A DNA stretch of 36,902 nucleotides, from positions 1-36,902 of the IMG/VR virus record IMGVR_UViG_3300032013_000004. The stretch is one strand, 5' to 3'. Position 1 is the stretch's first letter. Each line of letters opens with the position of its first letter. Shown here one piece after another: positions 1 through 9,806 of the stretch. The translations under genes and the position numbers were made by a program. The notes under the pieces are model-generated. The model was not told the origin of the DNA, did no database searches, and saw nothing but the letters and a program-made list of their open reading frames with translations. Source of the stretch: a virus. Lineage: Duplodnaviria; Caudoviricetes.

Positions 1-127
1 GCGGCGGCAGAAGAGCCAGCGGCAGAGGAGCAGGTTGTAGAATCTACCGTCCCGCGCGGAAACGGCGCAGCCAGTCAGGATGCGGGAGCGGGGCAACCCT
101 ACGACGCGCTACACCGCGAAATATCCG
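1..127. repeat. Terminal direct repeat (circular assembly overlap), copy 1
   Basis: Identical to 36776-36902. 127 bp is a common assembler k-mer length, and the scaffold reading frame runs straight through the join. Confidence 0.95.
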
Positions 128-717
128 AACTGAAACAGACGATGCAGATGATGGCGCAGGGCCAGCTTCAGCCACAGCAGCCGCAGGGGCCGCAGCCGCC
201 AGACCCCACGCAATTTGACTTCTACGAAGCGCGAGATGTAGCCGAATACCAAAGGCAAAACAACGCATACATGCAGGCGATGGTGCAGCAGTCGGTACAA
301 GCCGCACTAGCGCCACATCAGGACGCGATGCAGTCGGCGGAATATACCCGGCAGTACAACAGCGTCCTAGCCGACTACGGTAATGACCCGAATTTCAAGC
401 CGTTTATGGATAAGGCGCTGCAAATGGTAGCGAAGTCCAACGGACGGTTTACCATTCCTGATGCCTACGAATGGGTGGCATCATCCCAAATCACCTCACC
501 TCATCAAGCGGCGCCCTCACCAAGCGCCAAACCAGCCCAACGAACCATGACAGCGCAAGAAGCGGCGCAGAAAGCAGCGCAGGCCCATAGCCTGCCTCCG
601 CGTAATGGTGTCAGTGGCGCAGCAGAACCGGCGTTACCCGCCAGCCTTATGAACGTTGGCGCGCTAGGCCGGATTATGCTCCATAACCAACAGACTGGCA
701 GGGCGCGTCCCATCTAG
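1..717 (+). CDS. Capsid scaffolding protein, C-terminal part (full gene 36593..36775 + 1..717, ~299 aa)
   Basis: Open frame continues from the ATG at 36593 across the join. Acidic, Gln/Pro/Ala-rich and helical, immediately upstream of the major capsid gene. Confidence 0.75.
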   Translation, partial: AAAEEPAAEEQVVESTVPRGNGAASQDAGAGQPYDALHREISELKQTMQMMAQGQLQPQQPQGPQPPDPTQFDFYEARDVAEYQRQNNAYMQAMVQQSVQAALAPHQDAMQSAEYTRQYNSVLADYGNDPNFKPFMDKALQMVAKSNGRFTIPDAYEWVASSQITSPHQAAPSPSAKPAQRTMTAQEAAQKAAQAHSLPPRNGVSGAAEPALPASLMNVGALGRIMLHNQQTGRARPI

Positions 718-734
718 TCTAGGAGACACTATAT

Positions 735-1814
735 ATGGCAGTACCAGGAACGATGCTTCGCACCACTTGGGCGCAAGTGGACGCGACATCTCTCACGGAC
801 TTCAGCCGCGTTCTCACTGACAACATTACAAGTAACCAGGTAGTTTTATGGATGCTTGGGCAACTTGGCGGGATAGTTACGCGGCAGGGCAAGACAATCT
901 TTGAGCCAATCATGCTGGACGATGCCGCTAGCGCCAAGTGGTATTCCGGCTATGACCCGCTCGATATGACCCGTACCGAAGTTGCGACAGGCGCGGAATA
1001 CGCTTTCAAGCAGCTTGCGGGCGTTGAGCAGATTTCAGGCTTTGAGAAATTCCAGAACAGCGGCCCCGGCCAGATTATTGACCTGTGGGACGCGATGGGC
1101 CAGCGCTTGGCCATCACCATGAAGCGCAAAGTCAATCAGGCGCTCCCCTCCGACGGTTCAGCCGACGGCGGAAAGGCTCTGATTGGCTATCAGTCGGCGC
1201 TCCCATTCGACCCGCAGACAGGGACATACGGGACGCTGGATAGCGCGCTCAACCCCACGTGGCGCAATCAATTCTTCACAACTACCGGGTTTGGCTTGAC
1301 TGGCACGGCGACGGGCGGGGCGAACATCAACGCCGCTTCTCCTGCCGGTGTCAACAACCTCTTCGCCGGACTGCGCGGCATGATTGTCGCGTGTATGGCG
1401 GGTTCTGACAGTCCGCACCTTGTGGTGATGGTTCGCCCGGCTTATCTGGTTCTACTGGATGGCCTCGAACAGAAGCAGCAGATTGTGCGCGGGCCGGACA
1501 GCACGGATGCGGCGCTCGGACAGGCCGGATTCAAGAACGTGGTGTATATGGGCGTCCCTCACGTTTGGGACGAAGATATGCAGCCCAACACGTCGGTTGC
1601 CGCTGGTTCGGTGTCGAATACCGCTGGTTTCGGCTGCGTGGCGCTCAACCTCGACTACGCCAAGATGGTTTTTGGCGAGGGCTACGAGTTCACTTTCACC
1701 GACCCGATTCAACCGGACAATCAGGACTCGGCCAGTATCAAGTGCTTAATGTACGGAAATCTGGTTCTTTCCAACCGTCGCCGTCAGGGGCGCATTAACT
1801 TTGCCGGTGCATAA
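735..1814 (+). CDS. Major capsid protein
   Basis: 359 aa with AGGAG RBS, after the scaffold. Motifs typical of podovirus coat proteins (YSGYD.L, GF.N..Y.G, C-terminal YGNL...NRR.QG). Confidence 0.85.
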   Translation: MAVPGTMLRTTWAQVDATSLTDFSRVLTDNITSNQVVLWMLGQLGGIVTRQGKTIFEPIMLDDAASAKWYSGYDPLDMTRTEVATGAEYAFKQLAGVEQISGFEKFQNSGPGQIIDLWDAMGQRLAITMKRKVNQALPSDGSADGGKALIGYQSALPFDPQTGTYGTLDSALNPTWRNQFFTTTGFGLTGTATGGANINAASPAGVNNLFAGLRGMIVACMAGSDSPHLVVMVRPAYLVLLDGLEQKQQIVRGPDSTDAALGQAGFKNVVYMGVPHVWDEDMQPNTSVAAGSVSNTAGFGCVALNLDYAKMVFGEGYEFTFTDPIQPDNQDSASIKCLMYGNLVLSNRRRQGRINFAGA

Positions 1815-1823
1815 GGAGGAAAC

Positions 1824-2321
1824 ATGGCAGACATCAGATTAGGAATAACCCCAACACAAGTAGATACCGTGGCGCAGTTTCCTCTGGGTATGATTGCTGA
1901 AGACCCACGCGGGGGAACGACGGGCACGCCCAACCGAATCAAATACTGCAAGTTTGGCGGTACTGTGACGGTAGGGCAGGCTGTCCGTCTGGACGTAACG
2001 GCGACTCTTGCCGAGCGTCACGCGACAGTCATTGCTTCCAGCGCCGCCAACCAAAAGGTGGAAGGTATTAGTCTTCCAACCACCATTGCCAGCGGGCAGT
2101 TTGGCTGGATTGCCTATTCAGGCGTGGCGACGGCGGCGACGGCGGCGACGATTGTCGCGGGCGCGCTTCTGTGGACAACCGGTACGGCGGGCACTTTGGA
2201 CGATACAGGCTTCAACGCCACCTTCGCACCGGCTGAGGCTGAGGCGGTGGTTGGCGGGCGGCAGGTAATCGCTCTCAGTACCACGTCGGGCGGGTTCGCT
2301 ACCGTGCTGATACAGAACTAA
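1824..2321 (+). CDS. Capsid decoration/cement protein
   Basis: 165 aa, Ala/Gly/Thr-rich, GQFGWI motif, directly after the MCP, AGGAGG RBS. Confidence 0.65.
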   Translation: MADIRLGITPTQVDTVAQFPLGMIAEDPRGGTTGTPNRIKYCKFGGTVTVGQAVRLDVTATLAERHATVIASSAANQKVEGISLPTTIASGQFGWIAYSGVATAATAATIVAGALLWTTGTAGTLDDTGFNATFAPAEAEAVVGGRQVIALSTTSGGFATVLIQN

Positions 2322-2328
2322 CAGGGCG

Positions 2329-2348
2329 GGGGCCGTTCATTCGGCCCC
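2329..2348 (+). terminator. GC-rich hairpin after head genes
   Basis: GGGGCCG-ttcatt-CGGCCCC. No U-tract, so a weak terminator or mRNA-stabilising stem. Confidence 0.4.
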
Positions 2349-2366
2349 TATCCACAAGGAGAATTT

Positions 2367-2561
2367 ATGCCAGTCCATAACATCAAGAAGCCGAATCTAG
2401 GCGGCAATAATCTCAAAACTGGATTCAAGCTCATGTCGCGGGGAGTATCCAGGGGCCAGTCGGTGCAGAAACCAGCCGTTAAAAGCGGAATCGCCAGCAA
2501 TCACCCGATAGCTTCTTCGCGCGCCGCGCTCAGCGGTAAGAAGAAATCCAGAATGTACTAA
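2367..2561 (+). CDS. Small basic hypothetical protein
   Basis: 64 aa, Lys/Arg-rich, AAGGAG RBS. Confidence 0.65.
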   Translation: MPVHNIKKPNLGGNNLKTGFKLMSRGVSRGQSVQKPAVKSGIASNHPIASSRAALSGKKKSRMY

Positions 2562-2570
2562 GGAGTTGAT

Positions 2571-3095
2571 ATGGCAAAGACAAGCTATACGACACTAAAA
2601 GAGCGGGCCGACGCAGAGGCGAAAGTTACCGAACTGTCGCTTGAAGAAGAACAGCAGCGGATGAAGAAGCTGATGGCCGACTATCTGCAAGGGCAGGAGG
2701 CCAAAGCCGCGCGTGAAGTTACCGTGAGCCACATTGACCGGGGCCAGATTCACCGCTCGAAAGTCGTAGACCCGCAGGAGGGACGACTTGCTACCGTTAC
2801 GCCGATTGGATGGGTGACTCTCACCCCGTCAATGTGCCAAGCCGACCCTAGATGTAGTTTCGACGGCGCTGAAGCTACCGGATGGGTGAATGGCTATGAC
2901 TCAATCCCTGAAGACTTGATTCTACCGTGGAACGGTAAAACGGCGCGGTGGCATGCAGAGAATACGCTGGCGCGACATCTAGCGGTGAAACATTCGACCA
3001 CAGGGCCATCCCATGTGCGCTCACCTGAACAAGTGAAAGTGGCGCGCGACGAGCGGCTGTTGCCTGAAACGTTCATCGAGAATCCGAGACTGTAA
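2571..3095 (+). CDS. Hypothetical protein (head/neck region)
   Basis: 174 aa, AAGGAG RBS, TAATG-coupled to the next gene. Confidence 0.75.
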   Translation: MAKTSYTTLKERADAEAKVTELSLEEEQQRMKKLMADYLQGQEAKAAREVTVSHIDRGQIHRSKVVDPQEGRLATVTPIGWVTLTPSMCQADPRCSFDGAEATGWVNGYDSIPEDLILPWNGKTARWHAENTLARHLAVKHSTTGPSHVRSPEQVKVARDERLLPETFIENPRL

Positions 3096-3802
3096 TGGCA
3101 ACGCCTAATTCAGAAGCAGTCGCAATCTTGCAACAGATGGAGAAAGCTACCGACGACGCGGGCTTTGTCCAGAGGGTTGAAAAGCGCATCAACGACGCTT
3201 TGGATGAGATTGCGGTGGCCACGAATTACAACATGTTCCGCACCCGTTCCACGTTCTCAACCGTCGCCGGGACTGCTGTATATCAGCTTCCCGTCGGCGG
3301 GCGAGAGATTGAACAACTGCGTTACACCGACACCGGGGAGCCTATCTGGCTGTGGGGAACGCAGGAGGCGGCGCGTTACATGGCGAAGCTCGAAGACGCA
3401 GGCAGGGCGCGCGTCTGGATTGAGGACGGCGTTTTGGTTTCCGGCGCTAATACTCTTTATCAATTCCGGCTTGCGCCTGTTCCTAATTCGATTCTGACGA
3501 TTGAGCGCACATTCTTCTATCACCCGTCTGAGATAGCCACATCGGCGGTGATACCGATTCAGGACCAGTATCTACCGCTGATTCGCTGCTACGTGAAGGC
3601 CGGACTTTATGAGATTGATGGGATGCTTGACCGCGCCAAAGAGCAGCGCAACATCTACAGCGGGCTACTTGACAGGCTGGTGAAGCAGGAGAAGCGCAAG
3701 GTAGCGGCGACCAGTCAGCAGAGATGGAATGATTTACCGGGCGGCGGCGGCAGAGCGCAAGCAATCTTCGACCCGTCGCATTTTAAGAACCCATTCCTTT
3801 AG
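3095..3802 (+). CDS. Head-tail adaptor (T7 gp11/P22 gp4-like)
   Basis: 235 aa with 'STVAGTAVYQLP' and 'RLAPVP' motifs, upstream of the nozzle gene. Confidence 0.7.
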   Translation: MATPNSEAVAILQQMEKATDDAGFVQRVEKRINDALDEIAVATNYNMFRTRSTFSTVAGTAVYQLPVGGREIEQLRYTDTGEPIWLWGTQEAARYMAKLEDAGRARVWIEDGVLVSGANTLYQFRLAPVPNSILTIERTFFYHPSEIATSAVIPIQDQYLPLIRCYVKAGLYEIDGMLDRAKEQRNIYSGLLDRLVKQEKRKVAATSQQRWNDLPGGGGRAQAIFDPSHFKNPFL

Positions 3803-3814
3803 TTTCTATGAACT

Positions 3815-5446
3815 ATGGCGGCATCGTCCAACTTAGACAACATCGGAATGCAACCTCTGCGCGTCAGGGATTGGCGCAAAGGAATCAACACGTCCGTCCC
3901 TCCGACGGAGATAGACGACAGTGAGGCGCAGGACTTACTAAACTTCGAGTTTGACGATAACGGCAATCTCTCAACCCGTCGCGGCGTCACTCAGCTATCA
4001 GCCGACACGTTCAGCAATCGCATCACATCCCTTCACTACTTCTCAATAGATACCGGTGAGATAGGCATCCTACTCACCGAAGGCACAACCCTACGCATCA
4101 TCGAAACCAATGGCACTGGATTGACAACCCTATCCGGCGCGCTGACTCTGCCGAATAATGTTTACTGGCAGTGGGTAACGTTCGGGGGCTTAGCCATCGG
4201 CGTCAACGGCGCAACGTCAGGAACCAACCCAGTGAAAGTGGACGGCACGAGCACGGCGGCGGCTCTGGGCGGAAGCCCCCCGCGCGCGAAATACATTGCC
4301 GTTTGGAATAGCCGGGTATGGGTGGCCCACGCTTCCAACCTGAGCCGCGTGCAAGGTTCGGCGCTCGGCAATCCCGAAGACTGGACGACAACGGGCGCGG
4401 CTGGCGCTGTGACGATTGATATAGACACGAACGACGGCGACAAGATTATGGGGCTGTTCTCGACGCGGGACGCGCTCTATATCTTCAAGCGGCGCTCGAT
4501 TCACCGGCTGGTGGCTTTCGCAGACCCGAATACCGACGCCAACAACATACGCCGTGAAGTCGTGACTAAAGACGTGGGTTGTGTCGCCGCGTACAGCATT
4601 CAGCAAGTCCCGAACGATGTCATATTTCTCTCTGAACAGGGCATAGCAAGTCTGGCGCTGGTTCAAACCGCCGAAGACTTTCGCACCGCGTTTTACAGCC
4701 GCAACATCAAAGAGATTACCAACTTTCTCAAGACTACTGAGGAAATCCCGTCAATCCTGGTGGACACCGGGGCGCAATATTGGCTCAGCATCCCGTCAAG
4801 CGTTGCGCCGAACGGCAACAAAGTTGTCTACGTCCTCGACTACCTGAAGGTTGACGAGGGTATCGTCCGATGGACGCGGTTCAACGGAATGGTCGCGGGC
4901 ACGGCTTACACCTCATTTCCCGGCGCAAGCGGTAAAACCTACGTCATCGGCGCGCTCAATTCAGGCGGCAGTAATTATCAGCTATTCACCTATGTGCCAC
5001 GGCTCACCACGGCGGCGTTCAGCGACCAGGGCAGCGCGTACACCAAGGCATTTGTGCCGAAGTCGTTCAACGGCGGCGCGCAACTGCTTCGCAAGTACTG
5101 GCACGAATGGGGCGTCGGCTTGAACCTGTTGAGCGCAAGCGTGGGCATTACCGTTCAGTATTACTTCGACCAGAACATCCTACGGACTGACTCTTACTCG
5201 TTCGGGTTGACAGGGACGGCTACAGGCGCGCTGTGGGCCGGTGGACTGTGGGGCGCGGGACTCTGGGGAACGACGTTTAGCGGACAGAACGACATTGTGC
5301 GCCCACTCAAAAGCAATCAGTACGGGCGCGAATCGCAGGACATTACTTTTAACTTTAGCAACTCTCAGGCGGGCGAGGGTTTCACGATTCAGGACTTCTC
5401 TCTTGATTACATACCGCTCAACAACAAGAGAGTCACGGACGTGTGA
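3815..5446 (+). CDS. Tail nozzle/stabilisation protein (P22 gp10/T7 gp12-like)
   Basis: 543 aa, beta-rich, N-terminal 'G.N...NFEFD..G.L..RRG', 'LYIFK..SI', 'DVGCVA..S', 'VIFLS..G'. Confidence 0.75.
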   Translation: MAASSNLDNIGMQPLRVRDWRKGINTSVPPTEIDDSEAQDLLNFEFDDNGNLSTRRGVTQLSADTFSNRITSLHYFSIDTGEIGILLTEGTTLRIIETNGTGLTTLSGALTLPNNVYWQWVTFGGLAIGVNGATSGTNPVKVDGTSTAAALGGSPPRAKYIAVWNSRVWVAHASNLSRVQGSALGNPEDWTTTGAAGAVTIDIDTNDGDKIMGLFSTRDALYIFKRRSIHRLVAFADPNTDANNIRREVVTKDVGCVAAYSIQQVPNDVIFLSEQGIASLALVQTAEDFRTAFYSRNIKEITNFLKTTEEIPSILVDTGAQYWLSIPSSVAPNGNKVVYVLDYLKVDEGIVRWTRFNGMVAGTAYTSFPGASGKTYVIGALNSGGSNYQLFTYVPRLTTAAFSDQGSAYTKAFVPKSFNGGAQLLRKYWHEWGVGLNLLSASVGITVQYYFDQNILRTDSYSFGLTGTATGALWAGGLWGAGLWGTTFSGQNDIVRPLKSNQYGRESQDITFNFSNSQAGEGFTIQDFSLDYIPLNNKRVTDV

Positions 5447-5449
5447 TTT

Positions 5450-6208
5450 ATGGCATCTTTACCAACTAGAACGACGGCCAGTTTCGACGCCATCAAGCCA
5501 GTATCCAGTCTGGTTTTGCTCGACAACGAGTTTAACCAGCTTACCGGCGCGGCTGGCGTTCTCAACGGTGGCACTACGGGCAGTAAGTTGCTCGTCAAGA
5601 CTTCGGACGGGACAGACCCGCCCGTTGACCAGGACCAGGTTGGCGCGGGACTTTTGGCGCGCTGGAAGCAGAACGGCTCAAGCAAGGCGACCATCACAAA
5701 TGACGGCTCCCTGACCGCGAATGGCCTCACCGGCGCGGCTGGCGTCTACACATTCGGCTCCATACCAGTCGGCCCTGCGGCAAGCCCCACCACTGCCAAT
5801 CAATTAGCGAGGAAGCAGTATGTTGATGATAGGGTTGTTTCGTTTTCTGTTGGATGGTCAATCGTTGACCCTGCTACCGCGAATCTTAACAGCAGAGAGT
5901 TTGGCAGTTTTATAGTTCCGGCAGGCGGTACGTACACCATTACCCAGGTGAAGGTTATGTTCCGCGAAGGCTCGCATACAGCGGGCGGGAGTCTCGTATT
6001 CAGGGTTGACCAATTCGGCGTCGGGACTATCGCTGATATGGGATTGAACGACACGTTTAACACCGTGGCCACGGTTTACCCGAATAATATCGGGGACTTT
6101 ACCGCCGCAGAGAATCAAATCTTTAGTTGTTTTCTTACAGCAAGAAGCGGAACCATCACGGAAAGAAATGTAATGGTCACTTTAGAAGGATTCAGGACGG
6201 TGTTTTAA
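5450..6208 (+). CDS. Short tail fibre/needle-like protein
   Basis: 252 aa, N-terminal 'LDNEFNQL' anchor and 'A.KQYVD' fibre motif. Confidence 0.6.
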   Translation: MASLPTRTTASFDAIKPVSSLVLLDNEFNQLTGAAGVLNGGTTGSKLLVKTSDGTDPPVDQDQVGAGLLARWKQNGSSKATITNDGSLTANGLTGAAGVYTFGSIPVGPAASPTTANQLARKQYVDDRVVSFSVGWSIVDPATANLNSREFGSFIVPAGGTYTITQVKVMFREGSHTAGGSLVFRVDQFGVGTIADMGLNDTFNTVATVYPNNIGDFTAAENQIFSCFLTARSGTITERNVMVTLEGFRTVF

Positions 6209-6774
6209 TGGCCATTCTCACGCTACAAGCGACAACTAATCAGACGCCAGACCCGGCGCTAGGCTCCGACAACGCGCTTACGACGCCGACGAATACAAGC
6301 TATGCGTCTTCGACGGTGATAGACACAGGGGTTGGCGCGGCGCAGAACAAGAGCATTCGGTGGAGCGCGTTTCCGGCTGCGCTAGGGCAAATAACGAAAG
6401 TAGTGGTGAAGTTCAATTGGAACATCACATCAGGCGGGGCCGATGCCGACAATTCGTCAGGCGGGAGCGCTGCGGCGGACGCCAGTTTTATCTCGCTATT
6501 GTCCGTAGACGGCGGCGCGACTTTTCCGACGACGTTATTGACACGCAGCGTCAGCGTTAGCGGGATTGACTCCGCAAGTTTGATTGAGAGCGGTTCTGTG
6601 TCGTTCAACGTTACGCCATTGCCGACGATAAATCAGATAGCGATTCGGAACAGGATGCACGCGAACGCTACGCAGTCAGGCGCGGGCATCGCGTCCGCAT
6701 CGGTGACGGCTACCGTCACAAGCGTTCAGCTGGAAGTGACTACGCTAAACTCGCAAACCATGGTGATGCTGTAG
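6208..6774 (+). CDS. Virion/tail beta-sandwich protein
   Basis: Likely start at the TAATG overlap (MAILTLQ...). Ser/Thr/Ala-rich beta composition. Confidence 0.6.
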   Translation: MAILTLQATTNQTPDPALGSDNALTTPTNTSYASSTVIDTGVGAAQNKSIRWSAFPAALGQITKVVVKFNWNITSGGADADNSSGGSAAADASFISLLSVDGGATFPTTLLTRSVSVSGIDSASLIESGSVSFNVTPLPTINQIAIRNRMHANATQSGAGIASASVTATVTSVQLEVTTLNSQTMVML

Positions 6775-6782
6775 GAAGTGAT

Positions 6783-7130
6783 ATGCCCCGCCCCTCAAGA
6801 AAGCGGCGTCATTGTGATGACATGAAGCATGGAGGAAACCAATCCCCCCAAGATATGACGTATACGATGAATCTTGGACAAATAATAGCAATCATTGTTA
6901 GCAACCTTGTGTTGATGGTAAGCGCCGTGTGGCGTCTAGGGGCGTCTCTTCAAAAGGTGGAAACACAACTTCAGGGCATGAACGACAAAATGGACATCGT
7001 GAACAAGTATCACGACCAGGAAATCACATCCCTGAAGGCGCAGATTGGCGGATTCAATGAAACCGCCAGAGACTTACAACAGCGAATGACAAGCGTTGAA
7101 GTGGAAATAAGAATGCTGACGAAACAATGA
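6783..7130 (+). CDS. Single-TM coiled-coil protein, possible holin-like
   Basis: Hydrophobic 'LGQIIAIIVSNLVLMVSAVW' followed by a coiled coil. True start may be a downstream ATG. Confidence 0.45.
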   Translation: MPRPSRKRRHCDDMKHGGNQSPQDMTYTMNLGQIIAIIVSNLVLMVSAVWRLGASLQKVETQLQGMNDKMDIVNKYHDQEITSLKAQIGGFNETARDLQQRMTSVEVEIRMLTKQ

Positions 7131-7759
7131 GTCTTGCGCGCGTAACAAATCCGATGGCCTCAACCATCGTTCGCAGGCTTACCGACGACGGCGGGGCGCT
7201 GACTCGTGATGTGGTTGCCGAGGTTGACAACCTTATCGCGTGGACGCGCGCAATGCCGCGCAACATTCATCGCAACTTTGCGGTAACGAATAGCGCCGGG
7301 GTTGGGCCGGACGTGCTTCACACGTTCACCCTGCCCGCGAACAGCTTGGAAACGAACGGCGATTATCTAACCGTCTGGTACGGCGGCAACTTCGCCGCCA
7401 ATGCTAGAACCAAGGCTGTAAACGCGCAGTTTGACGGGCAAACATACGAAGGCGCAGGGGTGACTGATATACAGCTAAACATAGGATGGGTGATGGCTGT
7501 CAGAATAGCGCGGCTGTCCTCGACAAGTGTCCGAGTCTCACATTTTCTACTTGAGAACGCGATGGGTATAAGCGCGGCAGCGGTAGCGGGGAGCTTCGGG
7601 ACGGGCAGCAATATGTTTTCTCGAAGCACGGACTTAGCTGGCGTGGCCAACTTAAACTCAAATGCAGTTGTTATGCGTGTCCGTTCAGTCGTCGCCGCTG
7701 GCGCTGCCGCTGCCGACGTGGTTCAGAATATGAGCATCATTGAACTGACTCAACAGTAA
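7127..7759 (+). CDS. Virion/tail-associated protein
   Basis: 210 aa, beta-rich, 'FTLPANSL' motif, ATGA-coupled to the previous gene. Confidence 0.6.
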   Translation: MSLARVTNPMASTIVRRLTDDGGALTRDVVAEVDNLIAWTRAMPRNIHRNFAVTNSAGVGPDVLHTFTLPANSLETNGDYLTVWYGGNFAANARTKAVNAQFDGQTYEGAGVTDIQLNIGWVMAVRIARLSSTSVRVSHFLLENAMGISAAAVAGSFGTGSNMFSRSTDLAGVANLNSNAVVMRVRSVVAAGAAAADVVQNMSIIELTQQ

Positions 7760-7768
7760 GGAGGCAAT

Positions 7769-8710
7769 ATGGGCCGTTCATACCTTTTCACCGGCAGAGA
7801 CACTGAGCATCTTTCGCCAACCGAGCGACAGCTTGAGGCGCTTTACGATAGGCTTGACAGGCCGGGCTATCGGCTGAGTCCTACACAGTTCTTTCAGTTG
7901 CCGGAAGCGCAACAGCTGCTTGACCAGTTGCACGGCGCGCTTACTGACCGTATACCGCCTGGGAGTCAGATAGTCAGCCAGACGCCGGGGAAGCTGACGT
8001 ATAAAGACCCTGAAGGCTACGAACATAACATCATCCGCAAACCTGACGGGCAGTTCACAGAGACAACGAACCGCCCCGCCATCGTGCCGAACGCCGCTTC
8101 GCAGGGGCAGCAGTCCACGCTTGAGGCGCTGCGCCAGAGAGTTGAGCAAGGCTATACACAGCCAGCGCAATTCGCGCAACTGCCTCCTGAGTTACAAGCG
8201 CAACTGGACGCCATCAGCGCGGCTGAACGCGGAGACATTCAAAAGCAGGCGACGGACGCGAAAGGGCAACTGGTGGCGCAGTTGTACGGACGCAATATTA
8301 ATCAGTCTTCAATCGCTGATGACCAGTCGGCCCGCTTCCTCGAAGTGTTAGGGCGGCTCAACCAGCAGCAACAGGCGGGCGCGGCGCAGCGTTCGATAGG
8401 GCTGCAACAATACTTGACGGATTTGATTCAGCGACAGGGCGAAGGGGCGGCTAGTCTCTACTCGAACCTGACGGGACAGGCCAACCAGCGCGACATCGCA
8501 AGCGCAGGGCTGGACTTGGACAAACTGAAGCTCAATGAGTCGTCACGGCAGTTCGACCTGTCAAACTATCTGGACCAACTCAAAACGCAGCAGCAGCAAG
8601 AGGCGCTAGACCAAGCCAACTCGCCATTTAATAAGTTCTTGAAGACGTTGAGCGCGGCGGGCGCGCTTGCACAAGGCGCCGGGACGGCATATAGCGCATT
8701 TAGGAGATGA
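7769..8710 (+). CDS. DNA ejection/internal virion protein 1
   Basis: 313 aa, Gln/Ala-rich helical, C-terminal 'AAGALAQGAG', GGAGG RBS. First of three in the podovirus ejection-gene position. Confidence 0.6.
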   Translation: MGRSYLFTGRDTEHLSPTERQLEALYDRLDRPGYRLSPTQFFQLPEAQQLLDQLHGALTDRIPPGSQIVSQTPGKLTYKDPEGYEHNIIRKPDGQFTETTNRPAIVPNAASQGQQSTLEALRQRVEQGYTQPAQFAQLPPELQAQLDAISAAERGDIQKQATDAKGQLVAQLYGRNINQSSIADDQSARFLEVLGRLNQQQQAGAAQRSIGLQQYLTDLIQRQGEGAASLYSNLTGQANQRDIASAGLDLDKLKLNESSRQFDLSNYLDQLKTQQQQEALDQANSPFNKFLKTLSAAGALAQGAGTAYSAFRR

Positions 8711-8711
8711 T

Positions 8712-9806
8712 ATGGCCTCGATTCTGGAATTATTGCTGGCTCTCAACCGGGGCGACCTGCCGGGACTGCCAAAGCCTGCGCCGTCAGCGCCAATCCCATA
8801 CGCGCCGGTTCCGAATCTGGGGCCACTATCGGAGGACACCTCGGCGGCTTTCGCGGCGCAGAATCCCGAACCGCTCCCGCCGCGCATCGCTGAACCTGCG
8901 GCGCCGGATATGAACTTCGTCAATCAGTACGCCGGGGCTGCGCCTACCGCTCCCGCTCCACTTTCACGCGGGCAGAGGATAGCTAACGCGCTGATGGGAT
9001 TCGGCGCTGGTGTCCAAGGGCGCGGCGGGGAGTTCTTAGACCAGCTGCGCGAACCGCAACGCGAATACCAGCGGCAACTGGAACGCTACCAGGGGCGGCG
9101 CACACAGGGCGTTGAGCTAGCCGACAGGCGCGCGGAACGTGAAGCGGCGCAGGCGAACAAGTTGGCCGAGGCGCAGTATGAGCGCGATTACAATCTGTGG
9201 CTGAAGAAGCAGGGCATACGCAAGGACGAGGCCGACACCCGCAGCAGACAGGCGTTCGAATTGCTCAAGATACGCGAACAGGAACGCATAGCCGACGAGC
9301 GGCAGGCTACGCGGGATAAGGCGCAGCAGGAGCGGGACGCGCGATTGATTGCGCGCGACTTTGGAAAAGTGGGAGCCAAGCCGGAAATCGCACATCAGTT
9401 GGGGCGCTACTACAGCGGACTAACCGACAAAATCAGCCCTGAAGCCGCGCAATTCGAGAGCGCGCAAGCGAGACTGACAGAAGTGCGATTGCGCAGGGCG
9501 GCGAGCGGCGGCGGAACCGGGGGCGGCATTAGCGCGCAGACGGCCAAACTTGTGGAAGAGTTCAACAATGCAAGGCAAAACCTCGTAACCGCTACCGCGC
9601 GCGGGGACGCGAAAGGGCAAAAGGACTTAAGGCTGCGGCTCAGCCAGCTTGTTAAACGGCTTGCGGGCAGGCCCGGCGTAGAGGCTGGATACGGCGCTGG
9701 CCAATGGCCATACGTCAAAATCAACGGCGTGCTGTCCACCGGAGAACAGGGCCAGCAGCAGGCAGCGCCACAAGCTCAAGCGGCGGACCCGTTGGGGATA
9801 AGATAA
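8712..9806 (+). CDS. DNA ejection/internal virion protein 2
   Basis: Start at the ATG after AGGAG (MASILELL). 'ANALMGFGAG' motif followed by charged coiled coil. Confidence 0.6.
   Translation: MASILELLLALNRGDLPGLPKPAPSAPIPYAPVPNLGPLSEDTSAAFAAQNPEPLPPRIAEPAAPDMNFVNQYAGAAPTAPAPLSRGQRIANALMGFGAGVQGRGGEFLDQLREPQREYQRQLERYQGRRTQGVELADRRAEREAAQANKLAEAQYERDYNLWLKKQGIRKDEADTRSRQAFELLKIREQERIADERQATRDKAQQERDARLIARDFGKVGAKPEIAHQLGRYYSGLTDKISPEAAQFESAQARLTEVRLRRAASGGGTGGGISAQTAKLVEEFNNARQNLVTATARGDAKGQKDLRLRLSQLVKRLAGRPGVEAGYGAGQWPYVKINGVLSTGEQGQQQAAPQAQAADPLGIR

Noticed and set aside
5226-5270. GALWAGGLWGAGLWG repeat in nozzle
   Set aside because: A short in-frame W-G repeat is common near the C-termini of these tail proteins. 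It is a protein-level feature.
9704-9805. Extended N-terminus of the large virion protein
   Set aside because: It overlaps the upstream gene. TAATG coupling at 9804-9808 gives the more plausible start.
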